The notes under the pieces: model-generated
Seen by the model: the letters and a program-made list of their open reading frames with translations, nothing else
The model's database searches: none
Told to the model about the DNA's origin: nothing
Part shown: positions 1 through 9,365 of the stretch, piece by piece
Layout of the letters: every line of letters starts with the position of its first letter
How positions within the stretch are numbered: position 1 is the first letter of the stretch
Program-made: the position numbers and the translations under genes
Virus record (IMG/VR): IMGVR_UViG_3300033463_000008
Origin: a virus
Taxonomy: Duplodnaviria; Caudoviricetes
Direction: 5' to 3' (one strand)
Length of the DNA stretch: 64,000 bases

Positions 1-542
1 TGTGTGAATCCCAAGAGCACGTATTCGGGAATGTCAAACTCTTCAATCTTCGCCGTTGGAAGCGGAAGGACAAACCTGGACTCCGGAATCACGGGAGCCT
101 CGGATGTAACCTGCCCCGGTACGGTCTCTTCATGGTTGATTTTCTGGACCGTATCATTCATTCTAGCGGCTATCCGCTGAGTTTCACCTAGTCCAGAGAC
201 TTTATCACTGAGGAGATCATTTATTCTTCCTTCTCCACTGCCGGAGAATTCAAGCTGCATGACACCCTGGTCAACAGAATCCTTGAGCTCCTTGTTCCAG
301 TTCTTGCTAGCCAATGCGGCATTTATCTGTTCAAGAAATTTTTGCTTTTCAGCTTCGTTTTTGAATGTAAGCCATTCCGGCAAATCGGAAAGCCTGACGC
401 TGCGGTCCATGGGCACCCTGTCGAGTGCCTTACGCCAATTCTTCGGCGTGCCGTCCTTGTTGAATTCAAGCTTGGGGAAACCAGCCTTCTTGGCAGATTT
501 CTTGATGGCTGCCTTAATCTGTTTTACTGTTTTCTTGGCCAT
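1..542 (-). CDS. hypothetical protein, runs off the window start (partial)
   Basis: ATG at 542 with GAGGAGAGG RBS; frame read by hand is open to position 1 (MAKKTVKQIKAAIKKSAKKAGFPKLEF...); not in the ORF track because it is truncated. Confidence 0.75.
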   Translation of the reverse strand, partial: MAKKTVKQIKAAIKKSAKKAGFPKLEFNKDGTPKNWRKALDRVPMDRSVRLSDLPEWLTFKNEAEKQKFLEQINAALASKNWNKELKDSVDQGVMQLEFSGSGEGRINDLLSDKVSGLGETQRIAARMNDTVQKINHEETVPGQVTSEAPVIPESRFVLPLPTAKIEEFDIPEYVLLGFT

Positions 543-553
543 AAAGCCTCTCC

Positions 554-1972
554 TCATAAAAAGCTTCCAAAGTCATCAATGCCGGCGGTGTCGGCATAGG
601 TAAATCCCTGCATGGCGGGCTTGGTCACGGTCTGCGCGCCACCCGGAGGAATCGGCAGGAACGTCCTGTCGTCAAAACTTGAAGGCTGGATAGCGGGCAA
701 CGCGACTGGCGCCTTCTTCTTTGCCATTTCCTCGGTAATCATGGAACGGTAGCCATAGGAGCGCATGCTCTGCATGAGGTCCTTGTAGTACGGCTCGACA
801 TCCCAGAAATCAAGCAACTCGAAACCGCAAAGCTCCGGTTCCGGCTGATTGAGCAAGTCGTTCAGGCGGGTGACCACTTCCGGCGGTGTGCAGGAAAGGT
901 CAATCAGCTTACGGTTGCGCATGTACTGGTCACCCCAACCGTTGTTCTTCGCCACATCATATACATTCGGGAACGTCTGGATAAATGTGGCGGCAGTGCC
1001 CTTGCCGAAACGGTTCTTTACTGTAAAATCCAGTTTACCTGTCTTCGGCTTGATGAACGACATGCCGTGAATGTTATCGGAATCGTCGCCGGCAAGTACC
1101 TTGATGTCGAGGTACTTTACCGGATCGTCCACGGTCATGAAGTTGCAACTGATGTGGTCAAATACCTTCACCTTCGGGAAGTTCAACTGCAGCAAGTCGG
1201 AGTCATGCGTCACGACAATCACATCGTCAGACTTTCCACTGAACAGCTTAGCTGCCGCATATACGACATCGTCACCTTCGGCGTCTTCGCATGCAATTGC
1301 ACGGGCACGGAAAAGCGGTGCGAGTTCCCTCGCAAACTGTTCCTTGTACTTTCGCCAAATCTTGCGGTCGACGGTAAACGGCCAGTCATTGCTGTTTCTG
1401 GTACCCTTGTATGACGGAAGAATCGGATTCTTCCCGTTCGGCGCATAGATATTCCAGAACATCTCCTGCTTTTCAGGCGGAAATTCACCCAGCTGCTTAT
1501 GCTTCAACTCATCGAGCTTGGGAAAATCGGCAATAGGAATCGGGATGACGACAAACTTTCCATCCTGGGCCTTGCGGACTTCATAGCCGAGATTGTCTGC
1601 GCGGACGAAGTACGCCTTGTTATCAGGTTCGTTTATGTAGTACACCGTGGCATGTTCGGCATAGTAGTCCTTGACAAACTGCTTGCGCCATGAGCCCGGA
1701 CCTTCAAGGGCGAGCACGATATGCATCGGGTCAAAAAGGGCGATGAGCTTCATCACCTCATCGATCATGAAAGAACGCCAAAGCTTAATTTCACCCTCTG
1801 CACCGATGAACCCGTACTTTTCCCGGTTCTTGGCGGTATTTATCGAAAACATCTTGTGATAGGACATCGACGCCCAGTCCAGGACCAGGCAACGGTTGTT
1901 CACCGACCTATACGACTTCAGGGGAGGCAATTCAAACGCAGGTGCTTTGGGTTTCTTCTTATTTCCGGCCAT
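554..1972 (-). CDS. rnh: T4 RNase H-like 5'-3' exonuclease (FEN/PIN-like)
   Basis: Motifs LVLDW, YKGTR, EDAEGDDVV, THDSDLLQL, LAGDDSDNIHG, RNRKLIDLS. Start taken at MAGNKK (1972), just downstream of the TTGCTACATTT motif. Confidence 0.85.
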   Translation of the reverse strand: MAGNKKKPKAPAFELPPLKSYRSVNNRCLVLDWASMSYHKMFSINTAKNREKYGFIGAEGEIKLWRSFMIDEVMKLIALFDPMHIVLALEGPGSWRKQFVKDYYAEHATVYYINEPDNKAYFVRADNLGYEVRKAQDGKFVVIPIPIADFPKLDELKHKQLGEFPPEKQEMFWNIYAPNGKNPILPSYKGTRNSNDWPFTVDRKIWRKYKEQFARELAPLFRARAIACEDAEGDDVVYAAAKLFSGKSDDVIVVTHDSDLLQLNFPKVKVFDHISCNFMTVDDPVKYLDIKVLAGDDSDNIHGMSFIKPKTGKLDFTVKNRFGKGTAATFIQTFPNVYDVAKNNGWGDQYMRNRKLIDLSCTPPEVVTRLNDLLNQPEPELCGFELLDFWDVEPYYKDLMQSMRSYGYRSMITEEMAKKKAPVALPAIQPSSFDDRTFLPIPPGGAQTVTKPAMQGFTYADTAGIDDFGSFL

Positions 1973-1997
1973 CGATATATTCCAATTCCAATATGGT

Positions 1998-2008
1998 AAA
2001 TGTAGCAA
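1998..2008 (-). promoter_or_regulatory. TTGCTACATTT promoter-like motif (replication-gene class)
   Basis: Same 11-mer (TTGCTAYATTT) lies upstream of the helicase, SSB and polymerase genes. Confidence 0.6.
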
Positions 2009-2061
2009 GTGTTGGCAAACTTTGACGACTACTTGGCAAATTTTTCATGCATTTGTCAATC

Positions 2062-2111
2062 TATCAACAATTTCAACGACTTATCAACATTCTATCAACA
2101 TAATATCAACA
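2062..2111 (-). repeat. phased TATCAACA (TGTTGATA on coding strand) array, DnaA-box-like
   Basis: Exact copies at 2062, 2082, 2093, 2104, plus degenerate copies at 2071 and 2119. Confidence 0.75.
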
Positions 2112-2115
2112 AAAT

Positions 2116-3993
2116 CTAAATCAACGAGAACTTCGGCTTGTATGGAAGGTTCAGTTCCGTCTGGTCCTTCTTCTGCTTCTGCAACCTCTCGGCGGCACGG
2201 TCGGCAGCTTCCTTGCGATGTTTCTTGATATCCTCCGGGGTAAGCTGTGCCTCGTAGATGCCGTCCATGTGCTGTTCCTCTATCGGGATGTTCTCGGCAT
2301 CATAGTACGTCATGCGGTATCTGGAATGGACAAGCATGTAGTTGAACATCTGCTCCATGGTTCCATCCCTCTTGCGCTGCCAGCAGTTAGCATCGTCCAC
2401 AAGGTCATACACGTTGGCGACAGTCTTGTTCGGGTGCTTTCTCACCACACGGCCAATCGACTGCATCACCTTGTACATCGACTTTGCCGGTTCGGCAAGG
2501 ACGAGGTTGTTGAGCTGCTTGATGTTCACGCCCTGCTTCATGCACCCGTAGGTGGCAATGAGGATATTTCCGACACTCCCTTCCAGTTCCTTTCGGATCG
2601 ACTCGCGTTCGGATGCGCTGACTTCACCCTCGATGATGTGGTAGGTGTACTGCGGATACTTCTCTTTCAGGAAGTCATAAAGGTCGTGCAGGCGTTCAAT
2701 TCCGTCATACAGGATGACCGAATTCTGGTCGGCGCCAAGATGCCCCGCGTCGATGAGCATGGCAATCACGTCCTTGCGGGAACTGTTCCCGAGGACGATT
2801 GCCCGTTCCATCTGATATTTGGCATAGCAGATGCCATACCTCGTGTTCTGTGGATACGGGATGTAAATCATGTGCATCTGGACCGGGGTCAGCGTACCGT
2901 TGGCAATCAGGTCACGCAGGTGCACCACGTCATAAATCGGGCCCAACTGGGATTCGATGTTGCATGCGTCAATGAACTCGGCGCTGTCGGTAACATCCCT
3001 GGGCGCCAGGCTGAGGCCAATCTCCCCGTTCCTTCCCCTGTTCTCCTGGGTCGGCTTGATCAGTGGAAGCGTCCCGGAAACGCCGACCTTGAAGTTGTTG
3101 GCGTTCACGCAAAGTTCAAGTATGCCGCGCAGGACAACGCCGCGCATGCCGTGCGCCTCGTCGACGAGTACTGCATCAAAGACCTTGAAAAAGTCCGGGT
3201 GCTTATGCTGGAGCGTCTGCCACGTCGAAATTGTAATCTGCTTCAGGAGCTTTTCTTCACCAATCGACTGCTTCTGCAACTCTTCCAGCTTCTTCTTGGA
3301 AATCCTGTCGGAAGATTCGCCATGCAGCAGGGTGCAGTAGTCCCTTGCCTCATCCCATCCGTAGTCGGTGTAGAAGTTGTCATACAGCTGTTCCACCAGA
3401 CTCTTGCTCGGCACGATTATGAGGATTTTCCTGTTTTCCTTCTCCATCAGGTACCGGGCGATAATCATCATCGACACCGACTTCCCTGCCGAGGTGCATG
3501 CAAACAGAAGGCCCCTGCGCCGGTTTAGCGCAATCTCGACAAGGCGGTACTGGTGTTCATAGGGGACCAGCGATTTTCCGCTTTCGCGGTCATGGATGTT
3601 GAGAGTCTTGGTAAACTCCTCGATATCCTCCCGCGTCACCGTGCCGAATGGTGGGGAGAACATTTTCCTGATATCCTTGGAAATCGTCACGGCGACACGG
3701 TCGCCATACTGCATCTTCAGGTAATCGCGTGCCCTCGGGATCATCCCGGTCGGAATCCACCCCTTGGACTTGTCATAGAAATACTCGTTGCAGTCAAACC
3801 CGCGGATATGGTGCTTGGCTTCCCATGAATACTTCTTCGCCTTGTTGTAGAACGTAAAGGCGGACTGCATGAACATGTGGACTGTCTTCGGGTTGAAATT
3901 CGGGTTTACCGGATATGCCCTGACAGCGGTGTGCGACGAGTCGCCCACCGAGAACTGCACAACAAAATCGTATTTCTTTTCGGTTTCCGCCAT
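2116..3993 (-). CDS. uvsW: UvsW-like superfamily 2 DNA helicase
   Basis: Walker A ACTSAGKS, DEAH, SGT, QSIGRVVR; N-terminal half resembles T4 UvsW (IPTGM, PYEHQ, STWQTL). Confidence 0.88.
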   Translation of the reverse strand: MAETEKKYDFVVQFSVGDSSHTAVRAYPVNPNFNPKTVHMFMQSAFTFYNKAKKYSWEAKHHIRGFDCNEYFYDKSKGWIPTGMIPRARDYLKMQYGDRVAVTISKDIRKMFSPPFGTVTREDIEEFTKTLNIHDRESGKSLVPYEHQYRLVEIALNRRRGLLFACTSAGKSVSMMIIARYLMEKENRKILIIVPSKSLVEQLYDNFYTDYGWDEARDYCTLLHGESSDRISKKKLEELQKQSIGEEKLLKQITISTWQTLQHKHPDFFKVFDAVLVDEAHGMRGVVLRGILELCVNANNFKVGVSGTLPLIKPTQENRGRNGEIGLSLAPRDVTDSAEFIDACNIESQLGPIYDVVHLRDLIANGTLTPVQMHMIYIPYPQNTRYGICYAKYQMERAIVLGNSSRKDVIAMLIDAGHLGADQNSVILYDGIERLHDLYDFLKEKYPQYTYHIIEGEVSASERESIRKELEGSVGNILIATYGCMKQGVNIKQLNNLVLAEPAKSMYKVMQSIGRVVRKHPNKTVANVYDLVDDANCWQRKRDGTMEQMFNYMLVHSRYRMTYYDAENIPIEEQHMDGIYEAQLTPEDIKKHRKEAADRAAERLQKQKKDQTELNLPYKPKFSLI

Positions 3994-3996
3994 TGG

Positions 3997-4464
3997 CTAC
4001 ACCTTGTACCTGTGTCCCTTCGGTTCATCGCTTCGGATGGCATCTCTGCTGACTGCGTCAGTGGAAGCTATCCACATGGCGGTTATTTTACCCGGAGTGT
4101 CCGTCACGAACCAGACAATCACCCTGTATTCGAAGCCTGGCCGTATGTACCCGTCGGTCGATGAAAGGATCCATGACCAGTCGCCCTTCCGCTTGTCGTT
4201 CGGTATTTCGCCTTCGGCCTCAATTTCGGCCTTGACAGCCGACATGACCTTCCCGGCGACATACATCGGGTCCAGACCTTCCACGACATCCGGAAGGTCA
4301 CCTACCATTTCGGCATTGAACGACACCGATTCCCGATGAAATACCGGGAAAAGCTCGATGGTCATCGTCGGCCTTTTCATGCCGGCGTGCCAGTCCGTAG
4401 GGGAATATACGACGACCCGGAACTTCCGGTCCTTGGCAGATATGCTGATACTTCCTTCGCTCAT
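3997..4464 (-). CDS. hypothetical protein
   Basis: ORF abuts uvsW; start MSEGS at 4464 is 6 nt downstream of TTGTTACATTT (4471-4481), suggesting a leaderless transcript. Confidence 0.65.
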   Translation of the reverse strand: MSEGSISISAKDRKFRVVVYSPTDWHAGMKRPTMTIELFPVFHRESVSFNAEMVGDLPDVVEGLDPMYVAGKVMSAVKAEIEAEGEIPNDKRKGDWSWILSSTDGYIRPGFEYRVIVWFVTDTPGKITAMWIASTDAVSRDAIRSDEPKGHRYKV

Positions 4465-4524
4465 GCCCTGAAATGTAACAAATTTGCTACCGGATGTCAA
4501 TAACGGGCATGATTTTTCCACCAG

Positions 4525-4755
4525 GAATCGTAAACATCTTTATGGGAAGTGAGTGACTTTGCCGCAGGCCTGAATCCAGAAACCTTGCCTCCCCGGGCGG
4601 CCATGTACCTGTAGAACAAGCCCGCTTTGCCTGGAACTTACGATTCGCTTACATGGCCCGTCCATGGCAAGCCACGTCCGGTGCCTCCGAATCGTAAACA
4701 TCTTTATGGGAGGGAAGTTACTTTGGCGTGAGCCCACAATCCAGACCCTCCCCGG
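4525..4755. repeat. two degenerate ~70-bp direct repeats with an identical 23-bp core GAATCGTAAACATCTTTATGGGA
   Basis: Cores at 4525-4547 and 4689-4711; shared downstream ACTTTG..AATCCAGA..CTCCCCGG; inverted GAATCGTAA at 4638-4646. Confidence 0.85.
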
Positions 4756-4860
4756 AACGTTGTATCTACAGTATTATGTAAACTTAAATAATTTTTTACA
4801 ATGTATATCAGTGGCAACCTCTTGCTAAAGTCGAAAGCTTTTCGTAACTTTTCCGCTTGA

Positions 4861-5015
4861 GCCTGAGCTGGTGTAGTTCAACTGCACCCGGATATAAGCT
4901 ACGGGCAAACAAAAAATCGGTCTTCGCTGGACCCACGCATCAAGAATTTTTACATTAAGTGCCCCCCGCTGTCTTCTGTCCAGCGATTCATTATAGAGGA
5001 AGACATGGGGGCACT
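4861..5015 (+). promoter_or_regulatory. putative structured 5' leader RNA (hairpins plus pseudoknot/alternative pairing)
   Basis: Stem GGTGTAGTT/AACTGCACC at 4870-4888; stems 4958-4966/5007-5015 and 4970-4976/4999-5005; 4924-4932 is perfectly complementary to loop 4978-4986. Confidence 0.5.
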
Positions 5016-5033
5016 ATCCGTTCAGTAGGTGTC

Positions 5034-6587
5034 ATGCCGGAAACACGAACCAAGTTCGAATATGAAATACGGGTTCTCGACAAGTTCAGGAAACCCATCC
5101 GTGCACTGCTGAAGGAGCACAACATTCCCGAAAGGGACCATGACTATTACTGGTTAATCATACACTGGATAACGAAAGGGCTCATCGAGTCCTATCGCAA
5201 GGCGTATCTGGCAACCATGAAGCCGCCAAAGTGCCGCGAATGGTACTGCCGCCTCTATTCGAAAATCATGGACAACGCCATGGGACACAAGTACATCGAG
5301 GTCTTCGAGAACTTGAAGACCTGGGGTGTCGTCATGCGCGGCGCCTCGTATTGCAAGGCTACCGGGAACGCACCCGGACTGAGCAAGGCGGTATGGTTCG
5401 GTGAAGGGTTCGGGTGGATGCTCAAGGAATACTGCTATGCCAAGGATGTGGCCCATCTGTACGGCAAGGGCAATTTCCATGCTGGCCGTCTGATGCCGGT
5501 GAAGCTCAAGTCAAGAATCCTGTTGAAACGGTTGGAAAAGTGCGCCGAGGAGCGTAAACGGGTTCAGCTCATGGACCCGGTTGTCAATGATGCGCACCGC
5601 AACCTGAAACATTTCCACATCGACCGCGCAAAGGCACAGCGTGCCCTTGTGAGGGCCGGCGTCAAGGGGAAGAAACTTGTCAATGAGATGCGCAAGGTTG
5701 ACCGGTTCAATGACGCCGAGAAAAGCGATACTTCCCTGTTTGTCGTACGTGACGACTATGGCCGCGTGCATACCAATATTACCCAGGTAAAGCGCGAAGT
5801 CAGGGAATCCGCATTGACATGCGATGGCGGACCTGTCACCGAGGTTGACATCAAGAGCAGCCAGGGTGCCTTCCTTTGCTACATCATCGAGGGGTGCCTG
5901 AAGAACATTCCGGCAATGATAGGGAGAAACGGGCAGTCGTTCATCTCGATACCCAAGGACTTTGCAGCCAGCATAGGGGCGGACAGGATAGGACGCGAAT
6001 TCAATGATTTCCGTGACAGGCTGAACCGTCATGAACTCTATGAATTCTTCGCTTCCGAAATGTCGCAGGATTGCGACCTCGACATGGACGTGGACAGGGA
6101 TACCGCCAAGACGGCGTTCCTTGCAACATTGTTTGCCGGCATTAACCTGGACCCTGGCTGTGACCAGACATGGCACGCATGCCGCAGGGTTTGGGAGGAA
6201 CATTATCCATGCCTGAACCGTCTGATCCAGGAGCTGAAGCGAATTAACTACCGGGCCCTTGCTTACGAGCTGCAGAGGATGGAAAGTTCCTTCGTGTTTG
6301 ACTGTGTCATACCCAGGATACAGAGGGAAATAGGATGCCCGTACTGCACTGTCCATGACGAGGTGATTGTTCCGTCCGCCCATGGCGATGCCGTGAAGCG
6401 GATAATCGACGAGGAACTTGACAGGTTTGGTATCCCGACGACTACCGTGGAAGAAAAGGCCGTGCTTGATCCTGACGATGCGACAGTCAATGCCGAGATG
6501 GCTTCGTTCTACGAGGTCGGGTATTATTGCGGATGGGGTGACGCGGTTGACATGCACATCGCCGACGAGTACGCTAACGCGATATAA
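5034..6587 (+). CDS. divergent family A polymerase-like protein (TV-Pol-like) with probable N-terminal winged helix; candidate replication initiator/primase
   Basis: YGRVHTN (TGR-like), motif A EVDIKSSQ, motif B-like RDTAKTAFLATLF, LQRMES, motif C TVHDEVIV; no exonuclease domain; start MPETR at 5034. Confidence 0.7.
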   Translation: MPETRTKFEYEIRVLDKFRKPIRALLKEHNIPERDHDYYWLIIHWITKGLIESYRKAYLATMKPPKCREWYCRLYSKIMDNAMGHKYIEVFENLKTWGVVMRGASYCKATGNAPGLSKAVWFGEGFGWMLKEYCYAKDVAHLYGKGNFHAGRLMPVKLKSRILLKRLEKCAEERKRVQLMDPVVNDAHRNLKHFHIDRAKAQRALVRAGVKGKKLVNEMRKVDRFNDAEKSDTSLFVVRDDYGRVHTNITQVKREVRESALTCDGGPVTEVDIKSSQGAFLCYIIEGCLKNIPAMIGRNGQSFISIPKDFAASIGADRIGREFNDFRDRLNRHELYEFFASEMSQDCDLDMDVDRDTAKTAFLATLFAGINLDPGCDQTWHACRRVWEEHYPCLNRLIQELKRINYRALAYELQRMESSFVFDCVIPRIQREIGCPYCTVHDEVIVPSAHGDAVKRIIDEELDRFGIPTTTVEEKAVLDPDDATVNAEMASFYEVGYYCGWGDAVDMHIADEYANAI

Positions 6588-6612
6588 TGTGTTGGCAATA
6601 TCCGCCAAGAAC

Positions 6613-6620
6613 TATAAACT
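6613..6620 (+). promoter_or_regulatory. TATAAACT late-type promoter
   Basis: One of 10 exact intergenic copies; resembles the T4 late promoter TATAAATA. Confidence 0.7.
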
Positions 6621-6641
6621 CCTGAAAAACCGGGAGTTTCA

Positions 6642-8360
6642 ATGAAATCCTTCAATAGTAATATTAAGAACCTTGATGCTTTTGCATCGTTTAAGTCCAC
6701 CTTGGAAGATGCCGGTGCAGTTGTCGATGGGTCGGTGATATGTTTTGAAGCCGATAACTCGAACGCCCGCATGCTTGTTGAATCGCTTATCGAATACGAT
6801 ATCGCCTCCCCGCTCATGGAGGCGGTGACCGATCCGAATGCCGCAAAGGACATGCTTATCGGTAAAGTTGACGAGATTGTGAATGATGCCTACCAGTCAT
6901 CTTCCGAACCATTGCGTGCCAAGATTGCCCAGGCGGTCAAGAAAAGTATTGAAAACGCGGTCAGTTCCTCGCCGGATGTCCTGACGAGAGCCGCTACTGC
7001 GCTTGAAGGCAACGATGTGAACGGTTTGAAGAAGATTGTTCACCGTACCGTCAATGCCCTTACCGCGACAGATAGTGAATTTGCATCACAGGTTGACGCT
7101 GCCGATGATGTCCGAAAGGGTCCTGTCGATGAGCTGGTGGCAAAGACACTAGAAAAGCTTGGACTTGACGCCGACAAGCATCAGCAGATTGTCGCCACGG
7201 TGAAGAACTTTATCCAGGCAAAGGCTGAAGCCAATCCGGATTATTTCAGCTATCTTACCAAGAATCCGCCGACTCTCGCCAAGCTGGTGTTTACGGCAAT
7301 TCAGAAAGAGGCGCCGGACCTTTATGAACAGTTGAAGACTTCCGGAAAGTTGAAAAACCGCAATGATACAACTGCTTCCATGGCTGGCAAGCAAAGCGTT
7401 GACGATATCAAGGCCGAATTGATGCGGGTCTTGAACCAGGTTGAAGTTCCTAGCGCATTGGTTCTTGAAGAAGAAGATGATTCCGAAGCTGACAAGGCAG
7501 TCGTTACCGCCTATGGCTTCCCGATGATTAATCTCACCTCCACGTTGGTCAGGGAAATGCTTCGTGCCCAGGATCCGTCTGCGCAGAAACGCGCTTACAA
7601 GGTGTTCAAGAAGCAGCTTAAGGCTGACCCGGATATTGCATCGGCGCTTAGCATGGGAATTGGCGGGACGCTTGGTGTGCGCGGCAGCGGCCAGTCTGCC
7701 GGTAGGGATACTGGTGCCCGTATCGATGCAAGTGTTCCGGAAAAGAACGAAAAGACTGAGGCTGTTGGACAGGATGGAAAACCGCTTATGGAAGGTTTGC
7801 TTGCGACAGTCAAGAACGCATTCAAGAGTCCGATTAATATATTGAAGGCAATTGCACAGAACAAGGGTACTCCTTGCCTCAGAAACAACCTTGTTGTCAT
7901 GTATGATGATATTGCCGGCGCGGACAGCGACAGCAATAATACCGTGAAGGCTACACCGCTTGGCGTAAGCGCGGGTGTTTTTACCGACTTGAACAAGCAA
8001 GTCCAGGTTCCTGCTTCCCATCTCGCCAAGTTCTATAGCGTGCTTGACCCGAAGAAGGCGTTCGGCAGCTATGCAAAGGCTATGGCTGAAGTGAATACCA
8101 AGAGCAATAACGCTAAAAAGGATGCCGCATTGGCAACTGGAAACAAGAAAGCCGCTGAAGATTTGGCCAAGTACTTCGTCGAAAACGGCCATCCTCCGTT
8201 CTATCTCCTTAAGCCGAGGAGTGAACCGAAGGAAATCGCCCGCTGGTGCGATGAAGACATGAGCAATGGCTTCAACATGATTTTCATAACGCTTGAAGAC
8301 CATAAGTTCGGCATGGTCGTCAAGGAAGACGTTGCCAAGGCTCTCTTTAGGGTGGGTTAA
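6642..8360 (+). CDS. hypothetical late protein, probably head-internal
   Basis: 572-aa ORF with GGAG RBS and late motif; MKSF N-terminus and several hydrophobic-E-[SA] sites. Confidence 0.7.
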   Translation: MKSFNSNIKNLDAFASFKSTLEDAGAVVDGSVICFEADNSNARMLVESLIEYDIASPLMEAVTDPNAAKDMLIGKVDEIVNDAYQSSSEPLRAKIAQAVKKSIENAVSSSPDVLTRAATALEGNDVNGLKKIVHRTVNALTATDSEFASQVDAADDVRKGPVDELVAKTLEKLGLDADKHQQIVATVKNFIQAKAEANPDYFSYLTKNPPTLAKLVFTAIQKEAPDLYEQLKTSGKLKNRNDTTASMAGKQSVDDIKAELMRVLNQVEVPSALVLEEEDDSEADKAVVTAYGFPMINLTSTLVREMLRAQDPSAQKRAYKVFKKQLKADPDIASALSMGIGGTLGVRGSGQSAGRDTGARIDASVPEKNEKTEAVGQDGKPLMEGLLATVKNAFKSPINILKAIAQNKGTPCLRNNLVVMYDDIAGADSDSNNTVKATPLGVSAGVFTDLNKQVQVPASHLAKFYSVLDPKKAFGSYAKAMAEVNTKSNNAKKDAALATGNKKAAEDLAKYFVENGHPPFYLLKPRSEPKEIARWCDEDMSNGFNMIFITLEDHKFGMVVKEDVAKALFRVG

Positions 8361-9340
8361 TGCGCAAATCGCTTATACAGGCCAGACTCAAAACCTTCCT
8401 GGAAGGTACAATGAAGGACTTTACAGCCCCTCTGGATTCTGGCCGTATCGAGCGGTCTAAGAAACTCACTTACAACTACAAGGGAATCGAGAAGAATCCA
8501 TCGGGCGACGCTGTCGTCCGGTGGCATATTCCTTCCCAGACCAATCCAGGAACAGTTTACGAATGCTTCATATCGGTAAAGCCCAAGGGGATGTCTTTGT
8601 TTGCAGTGGCGAACAACGTACGCGACCTGAGGTCCAGGGTGAACGCCTTGAAGGAAGCCGATGTCAAGTGTTTCTGTCCGTGCAAGGATTTCAGATATTC
8701 AGGCGCGGCATACAACATGGCACACCTGAATGACGGGTTTGAGGCAGGGCATGGCGATGCCGGTTCCGACATTCCGCCTGACATCCGTGACCCCGAGCGC
8801 AAGCATACCATCTGCAAGCATCTTGCTGCCGCATTCAAGGGAATGCTTACTAATGCTGGCACCATAATGAAAGATGCCCGCACTGTAAAGTTTGCAAAGA
8901 AAGAACCCGACAATGTGGACATAGGTCCGCTTTCCAAGCGTAAAAAGACCGAGCCGGCTCCAGGCAAGAATCCTGATTTGTTCAATAAGCCGGTCGTGGA
9001 ACCGTCGGGCAAGAATCCGGAAGTGATTCCGGAAGCAAAAAATGTCGTCAGTGACAAGAATGCCATACCGAAAATGGAAGGCCTCAATCCGGTAAAGATA
9101 CCCGAGGCACAGGAAAGCTTGGATGCCCTTGCCGATGTTCTTGAAAAGGGCGAAGACGAAACTCCGTCTACCGCCCCCGAAGAATTGCCGGATACCGATA
9201 CCTCGGATGAAGAAAATGAAACCGAGGGCGGTGTTCCCGAGATGCCCGGCCTGAATGTTTCCAGCAAGAATGACAACTTGATGTATGATCTGGAAGATGC
9301 GGTCAGCGACCCGATTTTCAATCCGGACGAAAACGAATAA
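8360..9340 (+). CDS. SWIM zinc-finger protein with acidic C-terminal tail
   Basis: CFCPCKDF...CKHLAAAF (CxCxnCxH); TAATG translational coupling to the upstream gene. Confidence 0.75.
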   Translation: MRKSLIQARLKTFLEGTMKDFTAPLDSGRIERSKKLTYNYKGIEKNPSGDAVVRWHIPSQTNPGTVYECFISVKPKGMSLFAVANNVRDLRSRVNALKEADVKCFCPCKDFRYSGAAYNMAHLNDGFEAGHGDAGSDIPPDIRDPERKHTICKHLAAAFKGMLTNAGTIMKDARTVKFAKKEPDNVDIGPLSKRKKTEPAPGKNPDLFNKPVVEPSGKNPEVIPEAKNVVSDKNAIPKMEGLNPVKIPEAQESLDALADVLEKGEDETPSTAPEELPDTDTSDEENETEGGVPEMPGLNVSSKNDNLMYDLEDAVSDPIFNPDENE

Positions 9341-9365
9341 TGTAGTTTCTTCATGGAGGAAAACC

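Noticed and set aside
2062-2111. Bacterial oriC (window being host chromosome)
   Set aside because: Context is entirely T4-like phage genes with no dnaA/gyrB/rpmH synteny; kept only as a DnaA-box-like array
2218-3528. Long antisense ORFs (also 5511-6608, 7149-8303, 32650-33786, 37796-38905, 47512-48702 and others)
   Set aside because: They are shadows of well-supported genes on the opposite strand, with no RBS or recognisable motifs
4525-4711. 23-bp identical repeats as a mini CRISPR array
   Set aside because: Only two copies 141 nt apart, similarity extends beyond the core, and no cas genes are nearby
4861-4906. Stem-loop containing GTTCAA as a tRNA
   Set aside because: No cloverleaf (no D or anticodon arm, no acceptor stem/CCA); too short
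5034-6587. Reverse transcriptase/retron interpretation of ncRNA + polymerase
   Set aside because: No YxDD or other RT motifs; the motifs are of PolA type (VHDE)
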